DNA of 45,751 nt from a bacterium. GTDB taxonomy: Bacteria; SZUA-182; DTGQ01; JAFGSM01. The position numbers and the translations under genes were made by a program. Position 1 is the stretch's first letter. Each line of letters starts with the position of its first letter. The DNA is taken from the NCBI GenBank assembly GCA_049472335.1, contig JBLIRO010000042.1, positions 1 to 45,751 on the forward strand, written 5' to 3'. Positions 8,619 through 18,551 of this stretch are shown one piece after another. The notes beneath the pieces were generated by a model. That model did not search any database. It was not told where the DNA came from and was given only the letters and a program-made list of their open reading frames with translations.

Positions 8619-10052
8619 TTATGATTCATCAAAATGCACTTCATAAACAAAAAGGTCCTTTTTTTCTTTTGGAAGGGAGTTTGGAGATATTATAAGCGGC
8701 TGTTTTGAATATATTCTTAAGAGTCCGTTGCCTTTAACAATTAACATATGATTGTTTTGCCTTTTTTTATAATTGAAGTAATTTAAGATCCCGTCAATTT
8801 TGACTATAGGAGAGATCTTCAATAGATAGGTACTATGTTCGACTATCCTTGGGGAGAAAACAACCTCTCCTTCACTAACTTTATCGTATATAACAGGGAG
8901 GCTGCAATTAATATATTTATTTATTGGTTCCTTTATCTCATAATTTCTATATAAATCAGGGTCATCCGAGAGTCCATCTTCAGCCGCTCTTACTATATTA
9001 TATGCTTCACGTGAGGTTATATAATGCAACCGATAATCTCCGGTGCCATATTTTTGTTCAAGATAATCAAACATTTGATCTGTTTGTTTGCCAAAAAATA
9101 CATTTCGGCTTTGAATACCATGAGTATATACTTTGACAAATATCCATTCTGGACGTCCCCTTACACCTATTTTCTGAGAAATCCATTTATCCACTCTTGA
9201 CAAGGAAGGCATATAGTCAGTCCCAACTGCACCGCATTCAACCATTTCTCTTCTAAAAGCCAAACACAGAGGCCCTTCAAAAATCATAAATTTCTCTCTT
9301 TGTATTTTGCCGACCTCTGCATCTTTGCCCTTACCATAAGATTTGGGATTATCATCATCTTGGACATAATAAATACTATTTATTTTAGATGGTTGAGCAT
9401 CGGAGCCAAAGCTTGGAAAGGTAAAATCTGCATAACATCCGGCATTTTTTAGGATGTCAAGCTCTCTTGATACACCACAGTGCTCTATTACAGTTGAATT
9501 ATCAAGTGCCCAGTTACCATGGATAAAACCGAATGCCACTATTTCATCATCTCCAACAGTTTTCATTGCTCCAAAAGAATTGAACCATTGCAGGCCCTCT
9601 TTAAGTTTTTCCGGGAATGTTTCATTTGTGTCATTTCCATGATGCCAATGGAATTCTATCTCACCGTATCCCAGATAAACTGCATTTGCAAGGGCCTTAA
9701 CTACATCTTCATTTTTATGATCATATGCATAAAACCAGGTATGTTGTGGACTTCTCCCATAACTATCATAATGTCTATCTGCCATTTCCATATATTCTTT
9801 TAACCAGTAAAGGTTTTTCTCCGTACCTTTCATTCCTCTGCCAGGTTCATAATGGTCAACAAACATGAACATAATATGTTTAATATCTTCATGAGACCTT
9901 ACTGGTCCTTTATCTTCACTTGCTATCTGACTGAGATAATCAGGAATCCATACATACATCTTCCATTTAACAATCTTGAACATAACTAAGACAACAAAAA
10001 TAAAAATAATTACAAAGAAAAAAGCGCATATCTTCTTTGTTATTGATTTCAC
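8619..10052 (-). CDS. Membrane-anchored hypothetical protein, possible metal-dependent deacetylase/hydrolase fold
   Basis: GTG start with SD GGAGG; N-terminal TM; His/Asp-rich motifs DHYEP, EFHWHH, FIHGNWALDN and YTHG. Confidence 0.65.
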   Translation of the reverse strand: MKSITKKICAFFFVIIFIFVVLVMFKIVKWKMYVWIPDYLSQIASEDKGPVRSHEDIKHIMFMFVDHYEPGRGMKGTEKNLYWLKEYMEMADRHYDSYGRSPQHTWFYAYDHKNEDVVKALANAVYLGYGEIEFHWHHGNDTNETFPEKLKEGLQWFNSFGAMKTVGDDEIVAFGFIHGNWALDNSTVIEHCGVSRELDILKNAGCYADFTFPSFGSDAQPSKINSIYYVQDDDNPKSYGKGKDAEVGKIQREKFMIFEGPLCLAFRREMVECGAVGTDYMPSLSRVDKWISQKIGVRGRPEWIFVKVYTHGIQSRNVFFGKQTDQMFDYLEQKYGTGDYRLHYITSREAYNIVRAAEDGLSDDPDLYRNYEIKEPINKYINCSLPVIYDKVSEGEVVFSPRIVEHSTYLLKISPIVKIDGILNYFNYKKRQNNHMLIVKGNGLLRIYSKQPLIISPNSLPKEKKDLFVYEVHFDES

Positions 10053-10258
10053 TTATCCCTCCATTCTATTTTTGATTTTTATTTATGGTTTATCAGATTG
10101 ACTCTTCAGACGTGGCAGGAATTGGGTTAAAGGAAGATATTAAATTTTTCAATACTATTACAATCCGTGCTGCTTTAAGGGCTAAAAGTTCATGTTTGGT
10201 TCATCGTAAAGTCTCTATCGGGCATTTTTCATTTATGAATTGTAGAGTTATTGTTATT

Positions 10259-13168
10259 TCATTTAGTCAATTGCTTTAGCAAATGCTGCGCATCCTTTTT
10301 TTCCGGAAACTCCTTTTGCATTGATAACGCCTGATTAAGCTCTACCAATGCCTTTTCGTTTTCTCCGGAACTATGTAAAGCCATGGCCAAGTGATATCTC
10401 ATAGCAGGATTATCGCTTCCTAAGGCGACGGCTTGATTAAACATCTCTACCGCCTTGTCAAATTTTTCCATCTTTAAATAAATCCAGCCTATGGTGTCTA
10501 TAATATACGGGTTATTAGGAGACAACCTGTCAGCCTTTTCTGCAAGACTGAGGGACTGATTCAGATTTTGCCCCCTCTTGGCATAGAACCACGCTAGATC
10601 GTTATAAGCAAGCATATTATTAGGATCTAACTGGATCGCCCTTTTATAAAAATACTCCGCCTTTTTGTCATCCTCTTTTTGAAGATAGGTGCTGGCCATT
10701 AAAAAATGTAACTGGCTGTTATCGGGATCTATTTTCTCAAGAACCTCGTTATATTGATTTATGGCAAGGTCGTATTTTTTTATCCTATTATATGCCGTCC
10801 CCAGGTTTGTTTTAAGATTTACAGAATCAGGCATTCTTTTAATACCGTTTTTCAGGATATTAATTGCCAAATCAGGCTGATTCGAGATCTGGTAAACTGA
10901 GGCAAGCCTTAGATAGGTCTTTTCGTTCTCCGGATCTTTCTCCAGAGCTTTATTAAGATAGCCGGCAGCATCTTTGTGATTACCACTACTCAAGGAATAC
11001 AAAGCCAGATCATTCAATATGTTTGAAGCTTTATCCGGATTTTTTGAAAGGGTGTCATCAAGTAACTCCTTTGCCTTGTCGTATTCATCTTTAAGGGTGT
11101 AAGCATGTATTAAATGTTCTTTAGCTGAAAGGCTTTCCGGAGTTGTCTCTGCAACTTTCCTGAATTGAGTAATAGCCAGGTCATATTCATTGTTTTCCAG
11201 GTAAGCCGCTCCAAGAACATTACGTGCCATAATCGAGTCCGGCGCTGAGGTGATGAAATTTTTGGCCAGGGTTATAACACCCTTAAAATCATTTTGGCCG
11301 GAAAGGACCTTTGCCAGACGGGAAAAGGCTACTTCATCTTTAGGATTTATATTAAGGGCTTCCCTGAGAGTATTAATTTCCTCATTTTTATTCCTGATTC
11401 TGGAATAAATCTCCGCCAATCCCAGAAGTGCCTTAATATTTTTAGGATCATGCGCCAAAACCTTTTTATATCTTTCAATTCCTTTATCAGGTTTACCCTC
11501 GCCTAAATCCAATTTGGCGAGATTAAACTGGGCTGAAAGGAAATCCGGATTTATGGAAAGAGCCTTATCCATACTTTCCCTGGCCTTATCCAGCTTTCCC
11601 TGTTTGACATAAGCCAATCCCATGAGATTATAGAATATCTCCTGCCTGGTATCAGACTTAAGGGCCTCCAGACAAACCCGGAGGGTCTGGTCCGGTTTAT
11701 TTCTCTCCAGATAGGTCAAGGCCAAAGGGACATAGAAGCCCAAATTTTTCGGGTCAATTTCAATAGCAGATTCATAAACCTTGACAGCATCATCCTTCAT
11801 TCCACTCATCCGGTAAAGAGTTGCCAAGTTCTGATGTGTCATCGTGAAATTTGGGTCCAATTCCATTGCCAATTGCAGCTCTTCCATCCCCTTGTCTGGT
11901 TGGTTTCTCCCAATGTATGCAAGACCCAGAATGTTATGCAGATAAGGATTATTAGGCACTAATTCAAGGCCCCTTTCTGCTTCCTCAAGGGCTGAATCAT
12001 ACCTCTTTAGTTCGAGATTTAACAAAGCCAGTAAAGTGTGGGCCCCGATGTGTTCAGGATCGATCCTGACTACATTCTGAAGCGTACTGATACTTTGGTC
12101 CTTTTGGTTGACCTTATACTGAGCCAATCCAAGTAAATAGTTTGAGCTTAAATTTTTAGGATTCAGCTTCACGGCTTCCAAAAGGTCCTGAATAGCCTCA
12201 TTATATTGACCTTTAGAAAAATATGCCGCACCTCTTATATGATAACCGAATGGAATTTTAGAGAATTTTTTGATAATCAAGCCTCCCTGTTTGATGCCTT
12301 CATCAAAACGCTTCTGAGAATTCAGGATATCCCCCAGAACGGCCATTGCTTCGAGTGAATCAGGATCCACCTCCTGGGCCTTTCGATAGAGGCTTTCTGC
12401 CTTATCATACCCCTTTAAAAATATATAATATCGACCTAAGGCCAGATAAGGTCTGACATCTTTGGGTGATTTATTCATAGCTGCTTCAAATTTGTTTTTT
12501 GCATCCACATAATTTCTCATTTGCATATAAAGATTGCCCTGATTGATTATGGCACCGATATTGTTAGGGTCCAATTCAAGGGCATTATCAAAGTGCGATC
12601 CGGACAGATAAGGCTCTTCCTTCCGCATATAGATCTTACCTATAAGATTATGTATCTGCGATCTCTCAGACTTCGAGGTTTCATCCTCTTCAATCACTTT
12701 GTTCAGCTCCAGTGAGAGCTTTGCCTCTTTCAGGGCATCATCGTATTCCTTTTTCGCGAAGGAAATAGATGATAACAGGAAATGCGCATGACTTAGATCG
12801 GGATTTTTTTCAATTACAAGTTTAATTTCCTGTTCAGCATTATCAAATTTATTCACATCAAAATAAATTTCGCCTAATTGAAGTCGCAATTGATAATCAT
12901 TGGGATCCAAATCAATCGCATTTTTAAATTCAATAATGGCGGCATTATAATTTTTTTCCTCAAGGTATTTTTCCATTTTGGCGATATGTTCTTGTTTTGT
13001 TCTTTTGCAAGAGCTTAAGATCGGAACAGTTAAGATCAATAAGACAATCAGGGGAATAATTGATTTTGCTTTACCTTCTTTGAGCGGATCAGTATACATT
13101 TTAGAAAAGCTTCCGGTCAACAATCTATCGTTTTCTACACTTCCTGAATCGACACAAATCCTTTTCAT
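10259..13168 (-). CDS. prsT: PEP-CTERM system TPR-repeat lipoprotein
   Basis: Many tandem TPRs; hydrophobic segment with lipobox-like LSSC; C-terminal DTIGWIY...RYHLAMAL...FPEKKDA pattern; locus context. Confidence 0.85.
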   Translation of the reverse strand: MKRICVDSGSVENDRLLTGSFSKMYTDPLKEGKAKSIIPLIVLLILTVPILSSCKRTKQEHIAKMEKYLEEKNYNAAIIEFKNAIDLDPNDYQLRLQLGEIYFDVNKFDNAEQEIKLVIEKNPDLSHAHFLLSSISFAKKEYDDALKEAKLSLELNKVIEEDETSKSERSQIHNLIGKIYMRKEEPYLSGSHFDNALELDPNNIGAIINQGNLYMQMRNYVDAKNKFEAAMNKSPKDVRPYLALGRYYIFLKGYDKAESLYRKAQEVDPDSLEAMAVLGDILNSQKRFDEGIKQGGLIIKKFSKIPFGYHIRGAAYFSKGQYNEAIQDLLEAVKLNPKNLSSNYLLGLAQYKVNQKDQSISTLQNVVRIDPEHIGAHTLLALLNLELKRYDSALEEAERGLELVPNNPYLHNILGLAYIGRNQPDKGMEELQLAMELDPNFTMTHQNLATLYRMSGMKDDAVKVYESAIEIDPKNLGFYVPLALTYLERNKPDQTLRVCLEALKSDTRQEIFYNLMGLAYVKQGKLDKARESMDKALSINPDFLSAQFNLAKLDLGEGKPDKGIERYKKVLAHDPKNIKALLGLAEIYSRIRNKNEEINTLREALNINPKDEVAFSRLAKVLSGQNDFKGVITLAKNFITSAPDSIMARNVLGAAYLENNEYDLAITQFRKVAETTPESLSAKEHLIHAYTLKDEYDKAKELLDDTLSKNPDKASNILNDLALYSLSSGNHKDAAGYLNKALEKDPENEKTYLRLASVYQISNQPDLAINILKNGIKRMPDSVNLKTNLGTAYNRIKKYDLAINQYNEVLEKIDPDNSQLHFLMASTYLQKEDDKKAEYFYKRAIQLDPNNMLAYNDLAWFYAKRGQNLNQSLSLAEKADRLSPNNPYIIDTIGWIYLKMEKFDKAVEMFNQAVALGSDNPAMRYHLAMALHSSGENEKALVELNQALSMQKEFPEKKDAQHLLKQLTK

Positions 13169-13244
13169 ATCATTTATCTCCCCTTAATTGATTTTATTCG
13201 ATCAGAATAAAATTATTCATCGATCAAAACCGTAAAATAGATTC

Positions 13245-16200
13245 CTATTTCACCACCTGCATTCTCAAGTTTCTCGGAGGACGAGGCTTTAAAAGATTAG
13301 ACGGAACCAATAAATTTGCAGGAAAAGATTGCCATGATTCATTCCCTGCTGCATCAAATGCAGACACCTTATAAGTATATGTTGAATTCTCCGTAGGAAC
13401 TCCCATATCTGAATAGAAGGTATTTACTGTTGTGCCGATATTGGCGCCATCTCTGTATATTTTATAGCCCGCTATTCCAATATTATCAAATGGGGCATCC
13501 CAGGTTAGATTTATCTGCATTGATGAAATAGTTTCTGCGGTGAGATTGATAGGAGACATGGGCGGGATTGTATCATTGGACGACACTGAGGCAATTAAAG
13601 GTAAAGGATCCGTCAATGATGAGAATGAAGTTAATTCATCCACTGACATATCGATAGCCAAATCATAATAATTCCCTATAACCACCTGGAGATCATCGGG
13701 CGAGCATGTCCAAATCCAGTCCTCACTGTCCGGAGTCGGCAGTATTCCACCAGTATCATTACAACTGGTGCAGCCCTCCTGAGTGCCGTCGATATAAAGA
13801 TGAAGCTCATCATCAGCCTCTTCAGGATTTCGTTTCCAGGTTAAGGTAATCCGGTGCCATTCATCTTGCTGCCAGTTCTCCCATTTATCCCAGCCACGGG
13901 TGTAAACCAGAAAACGGTCTCCTCCTGTTTTCGGGTTATTGGCATTGCCGAAAAATTCAAAGATCAGGTAGGGATCGCCATTTTGCCCTAAAAGATCGAT
14001 ATCGAAAAAATCCGAACATGGCTTTGTCCTTAAAATATAAAATTCACCCGCCTGATGGGGATCTACATTAAACTTCAACCAGAAATCAAGCCTGCCTCCA
14101 TCACCATCCAGATCATAAAAATCAAAATTGTCTCCTTCAAAAACGACCTGCTCATTATTCCCATAGGAGCCATTTAACCTTACCGCCATACCAGAATAAC
14201 CCGCTTCATATGTAACTTCTCCGGTGCCGCTCTCAACAACGGCAACCCCTGTTTCCCATCCGCTTACTTTTTCAGTAAAGAAAGTAGGATCATTGATCTC
14301 CTCATCACTATCCATTCCGGAATAAAGCATGCCATCATGCTCCTTCAATAAAGTGATTTCCGCAGTTTTGCTTTCGGTCATCTTGATTTCAAATGTTTGA
14401 GGTTTAAAATCCGTTGCTGAAACATAAACGGTATGAGTATAGGAAGGTTGAGGCTGATTAGGCTCGTAAAATTCAGGCTTGAAGTACGATGTTCCTTGCG
14501 CTCCGTTGCCATAATGCTCAAATTGGTTCAGTATAATCCTGTCATATCTTCCATATGGATCTGTCGTACCACTAAAAACCAGATTGTCGTAAAAATCCTT
14601 AATCTCGATATTCGCCCCGGCAATAGGATTTCCTGAAGCATCCTTAACCCTGGCATAAAGATACCAGTCTACAAAATAAGAATAATCCTGCAGACAACCA
14701 CAAAGGTAAAAATCTTGTAGAGAAGTCCCTTCCCCCAGATAAGTATCAATAAAATGAGTGTTTTTTATGGAGGTTTGACAGTAACGCGAGGAAAGTGTGC
14801 AATATTGGGGGGGGGGATAAGTTCTGTAATAATCAGAACAAAGGCCTTTAGTATTAGTATTTTTGATAAATTTGTTGGAAATAAAGGTAGAATAATGACA
14901 CTTACTACTATAGGAAGTAAGCATAATATTCGAAGAATTACTCCTGATTTCATTATTCTCAAAAATTACCTCATTTTCTTCTACAGACCCCGGAGAGATC
15001 CCGGCCCCACATACGTTATCATCAATGACATTTATATCAATATAATTATCCTTAACAATAATGTTTTCCCCGGTGGCTAAAGTCAGGATACCATTAACAT
15101 GATATGTCTCAAACTCTTCATAGTATTCATCACAGTCACCTGTCATATAAATATGATTATTAATAATTTTTACATTAGTGGTTGTTTTTGTAAAATAATC
15201 ATTCAATCTTATACCATCAAAACTTATACTTCCATATTCGATATTGGGGCCTATGCTTTTACATTCAATTCTATTCTCAAGAATTTCAATATTACTGCTT
15301 CCCGTACTAACCAATATTCCCTGTCCGGGATCGGCCTCGATCTTATTCCCGAATATTTTGACATTTTTATTTTCATAAATTGCAATCGAATGGTGGTTGG
15401 TCATGGTTGTCTTTGTCTTTAATATATTATTATAGATACCGGAGTCTTTTGTATCACCCAAGTATACTGTTCCCCATCCTATATCACATATAATAGTATT
15501 ATTGAAAATATTACAATTAACTCCTGATTGAACTTCAATGGCAGCACTGAGCTGCATCCTGTTAAAAACATACGGATTATTATTTATAAAGATGGAATGA
15601 TGAATATTACAATTATCGGAATATCTGTTAACGATACTACCTGCTTCTACACCCCATGTTTCAATGGAGACATTTTCAACAGTAATCTGTGGAGAACCGT
15701 AGTAATAAATTGAGTGATCCCTGAATCCCCCTCCTTTTCCCTGCACGATCCAGCCATTTTTTATTATTATATTTCCCTTCCGATTATACTTAATACTAAT
15801 CCCGTAATTTTCAACAGGCCTTAAGTCTAATAAATCTATAGTAACATCTTTTGTCTGGCTAAAAGTGGTCCAAACCAGATCCTTATCATTTGTTGTCGAG
15901 CTTGCCCAGGTAATCCAGACAGGTTCCGTTTCTCCGGATACCCCATTATCCGTGCTTACCCTATAACAAAAACCATTAGGCTCGGAAGGTAAAACAACAT
16001 CTCCCAAATTGTAGTCGTGATTAGCTTGCCAGGGTGAACTGGTAAAAGGCGTATATGTGAGTTTTAATCTATACCTGCCAGGTTTATCGAGTGTTGTAAA
16101 TTCAAGCTGGTCTAATTTTTCATCATTAAATGACGTGATCACACCATCGGTTTCATGCTCCACTTCCAGCAGAAGACTTATGATCTCTTTCCAGACCTTT

Positions 16201-17003
16201 TCCCCCCTGATAAAATTAGCCCTTGCTTTGTGATTTTGCGGCAGGGTGGTCCAGGGTGAAACGATGGTTTGTTTGGATGACGGTTGTTCAAACTTAAGAT
16301 ACCATTTTCGGTTCATTACCTTTTCGGAAGTCGGCCTTCTTTTGGCTGTAGGTGCACCGGTCAAATCCCAGTCTTGAGGGACTTCACCGTCTCCGAGCTC
16401 GAATCCGGGATTAGGAAGCCCTGAAGCCAAATCATCATAAATTACTGTATAACCATTTAAATCAAGTATAATATTACTCCCGGTAATGGTGAAACAGGTA
16501 CCGTCACAGGTTACATTATTATCCAAAATGTAATATGTGTCCGATTCGCTTAAAACCCCGCATTGTGATATATGAACAATGTGGGATGGCTCTTGTGCCG
16601 TAACAATATTTACCACATTTGAAAGGTTTGAGAAAACACCCTCATTATTATGGGTTTTCATTGCAAAAAAATAGGAGGTTGCCGGGGAAAGAAGTGAAAC
16701 TATCATAGATTGAGATATCCCGGCTTCTTGAGGAAGAGGCTCTCCTTGAACTTGATTGGCCAAATCCCAATTATCATCTGTAATTTTGGATGTTGAATAC
16801 CTGATATCGTAATAGGAATCGGGCAAGTCTGCTCCCGGGGATGTCCAAGTTAAAGTAATGGATTGAAATGTCGGAGTTGATACCGCAAGGTCCGTAATAG
16901 CTGTTGGTGGAGTGGAAGCTTTTGTTAAATTAGTATTTAAAAAAAAGCATAAAGAGCATATTATTAAGGCTAAATATACCCTGATCAATCTTGTTATTTT
17001 CAT
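13245..17003 (-). CDS. Large exported multidomain protein: Fn3, right-handed beta-helix with CBM-like inserts, LamG/concanavalin-like, Fn3
   Basis: Signal peptide; N- and C-terminal Fn3 motifs; LDLNGY start and repeated I.NN.I beta-helix rungs; WHRITLTW..LYIDG LamG motif; SD GGAGG. Confidence 0.8.
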   Translation of the reverse strand: MKITRLIRVYLALIICSLCFFLNTNLTKASTPPTAITDLAVSTPTFQSITLTWTSPGADLPDSYYDIRYSTSKITDDNWDLANQVQGEPLPQEAGISQSMIVSLLSPATSYFFAMKTHNNEGVFSNLSNVVNIVTAQEPSHIVHISQCGVLSESDTYYILDNNVTCDGTCFTITGSNIILDLNGYTVIYDDLASGLPNPGFELGDGEVPQDWDLTGAPTAKRRPTSEKVMNRKWYLKFEQPSSKQTIVSPWTTLPQNHKARANFIRGEKVWKEIISLLLEVEHETDGVITSFNDEKLDQLEFTTLDKPGRYRLKLTYTPFTSSPWQANHDYNLGDVVLPSEPNGFCYRVSTDNGVSGETEPVWITWASSTTNDKDLVWTTFSQTKDVTIDLLDLRPVENYGISIKYNRKGNIIIKNGWIVQGKGGGFRDHSIYYYGSPQITVENVSIETWGVEAGSIVNRYSDNCNIHHSIFINNNPYVFNRMQLSAAIEVQSGVNCNIFNNTIICDIGWGTVYLGDTKDSGIYNNILKTKTTMTNHHSIAIYENKNVKIFGNKIEADPGQGILVSTGSSNIEILENRIECKSIGPNIEYGSISFDGIRLNDYFTKTTTNVKIINNHIYMTGDCDEYYEEFETYHVNGILTLATGENIIVKDNYIDINVIDDNVCGAGISPGSVEENEVIFENNEIRSNSSNIMLTSYSSKCHYSTFISNKFIKNTNTKGLCSDYYRTYPPPQYCTLSSRYCQTSIKNTHFIDTYLGEGTSLQDFYLCGCLQDYSYFVDWYLYARVKDASGNPIAGANIEIKDFYDNLVFSGTTDPYGRYDRIILNQFEHYGNGAQGTSYFKPEFYEPNQPQPSYTHTVYVSATDFKPQTFEIKMTESKTAEITLLKEHDGMLYSGMDSDEEINDPTFFTEKVSGWETGVAVVESGTGEVTYEAGYSGMAVRLNGSYGNNEQVVFEGDNFDFYDLDGDGGRLDFWLKFNVDPHQAGEFYILRTKPCSDFFDIDLLGQNGDPYLIFEFFGNANNPKTGGDRFLVYTRGWDKWENWQQDEWHRITLTWKRNPEEADDELHLYIDGTQEGCTSCNDTGGILPTPDSEDWIWTCSPDDLQVVIGNYYDLAIDMSVDELTSFSSLTDPLPLIASVSSNDTIPPMSPINLTAETISSMQINLTWDAPFDNIGIAGYKIYRDGANIGTTVNTFYSDMGVPTENSTYTYKVSAFDAAGNESWQSFPANLLVPSNLLKPRPPRNLRMQVVK
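14807..14816. repeat. G10 homopolymer (C10 on the coding strand) inside the large surface protein gene
   Basis: Read directly; encodes YPPPQ. Confidence 0.9.
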
Positions 17004-17074
17004 AACATCCCTCCATAAATTTCATTTGAGAAAATACTTTTAGCATTTAGTAGTTTATATCGGTATAACTCGTT

Positions 17075-17128
17075 ATAAAGTACAATTAAAGAATAAAGTA
17101 CAATTAAAGAATAAAGTACAATTAAAGA
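17075..17128. repeat. Tandem repeat, 3 x 18 bp ATAAAGTACAATTAAAGA
   Basis: Three perfect copies starting at 17075, 17093 and 17111. Confidence 0.95.
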
Positions 17129-17310
17129 ATTAAAGGATGTGATTACTAGAGAACAATAAGGAAAATAATAAACACAAATAATATTTGACGTATTATTTGA
17201 CTCTATTCTTACGTTTTATATGAAAGGCAGGAAGTCATCAAAAAAATTTGCATAAAAAGGGGAGATTAAATAAAAGAGAATAATGAGGGGGGGGATATTA
17301 AAGAAATGCT

Positions 17311-18549
17311 TTAACACTCTATTTCCATAAATCCTATTGGCTCTGCCTCACTTTCCTCGATTTCACCGGTAAAATGCACCGATAAAACCCCTAAGGCCCC
17401 TACCCAAAGCCAATTATATCTTAAAAGATTTCCACCAAAATTACCGTTAAAAAGAAGCAGAATAATAGTTTGGATGGATGCAACAGAAACTAAATTGTAG
17501 AAATTATCTTTATCCGCATCCGAGGATCTTGTCTGAAGTATGATTCCCAGGTGTGCTGCAATAATCTTATATATCATTAAAACAAAAGCTAAAACACCCA
17601 TTAAGCCCAATTCGCCAATAAGCAAACCATATAAATTATGAGAGCTCAATCCGGAATAATCTCCAAAAAGTTCCAGCCCTCTGCCGAAATTGCCCGGACC
17701 TACCCCCAAAAGAGGACGCTTTCTAAACATGTCGTATCCTCGTTCCAGAGTATATCTCCTCCCTTCTGCAGAGGCATCGGCACTTTTGCTTATATTTTTG
17801 ACGAATATAGTCTCAAACCTGAGTTGATATTTTTCTGGCATTAAACTCCAAACAAAGAATAAGAGAAAAAAAATAAGGATAATACTGACCGCCTTTTTGG
17901 ATGATTTTAGCCATATCATTATTAATAATAATAGAAAAGAAACCATCCCGCCCCTTGATCCTGTAAAAATAATAGCTGTTAATGCTAATACGCCATAACC
18001 CCATAAACCCCATTTTATCCATTTATTTTCAAATTTCGTTTTAATCATTGCCCAGAGAAAGGGAAGAGAATATATGATAGATGCAGCGAAGGCATTTGGA
18101 TCGCCGTAAGTTGAATCAATGCCACACATTCGTTTTATACCCATCCTATAGACATACCTATCATGTATGAAAAACTCCCATGCCGACTTCCCTACATAGA
18201 GAAACATGATGAAAACATAAGCTAATAAGAAATTCCTCAGTTGATCCTCATCCTGAATAGTCATCAATATAATAAAGTAAAAGACTATAAACTTAAAATA
18301 GTTAAAAGTAACGGTAAATGAATCACTCACATGCAAGGAAAAAACTGTGGATAGGATCATTGTTAAAAGGAATGAAATGACTAAGATATTGATAGGGTGA
18401 TGGATGTATCGCTTTTTGGGCCAGTTGAGAACCGCCCCTAAAAGAAAAATCATATAAATACGTTCAAGATGGATCGCTCCCAGTACAGGCCAATATTCAA
18501 AGGGTCTGAAAATAAACAGAAATAAATAACCAACAACTAACCAGAACAT
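17311..18549 (-). CDS. O-antigen ligase/polymerase (Wzy-like) family protein
   Basis: About 10 TM segments; DPNAFA, TGSRGG, GVGPGNF and HNLY motifs. Confidence 0.85.
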   Translation of the reverse strand: MFWLVVGYLFLFIFRPFEYWPVLGAIHLERIYMIFLLGAVLNWPKKRYIHHPINILVISFLLTMILSTVFSLHVSDSFTVTFNYFKFIVFYFIILMTIQDEDQLRNFLLAYVFIMFLYVGKSAWEFFIHDRYVYRMGIKRMCGIDSTYGDPNAFAASIIYSLPFLWAMIKTKFENKWIKWGLWGYGVLALTAIIFTGSRGGMVSFLLLLIMIWLKSSKKAVSIILIFFLLFFVWSLMPEKYQLRFETIFVKNISKSADASAEGRRYTLERGYDMFRKRPLLGVGPGNFGRGLELFGDYSGLSSHNLYGLLIGELGLMGVLAFVLMIYKIIAAHLGIILQTRSSDADKDNFYNLVSVASIQTIILLLFNGNFGGNLLRYNWLWVGALGVLSVHFTGEIEESEAEPIGFMEIEC

Positions 18550-18551
18550 TT

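Noticed and set aside
13191..13213. 9-bp AT-rich hairpin; similar weak ones at 21042-21072 and 39783-39799
   Set aside because: Weak stems without a convincing U tract; expected by chance in AT-rich DNA.
17075..17128. Repeat considered as a CRISPR array
   Set aside because: Head-to-tail copies with no spacers and no cas genes.
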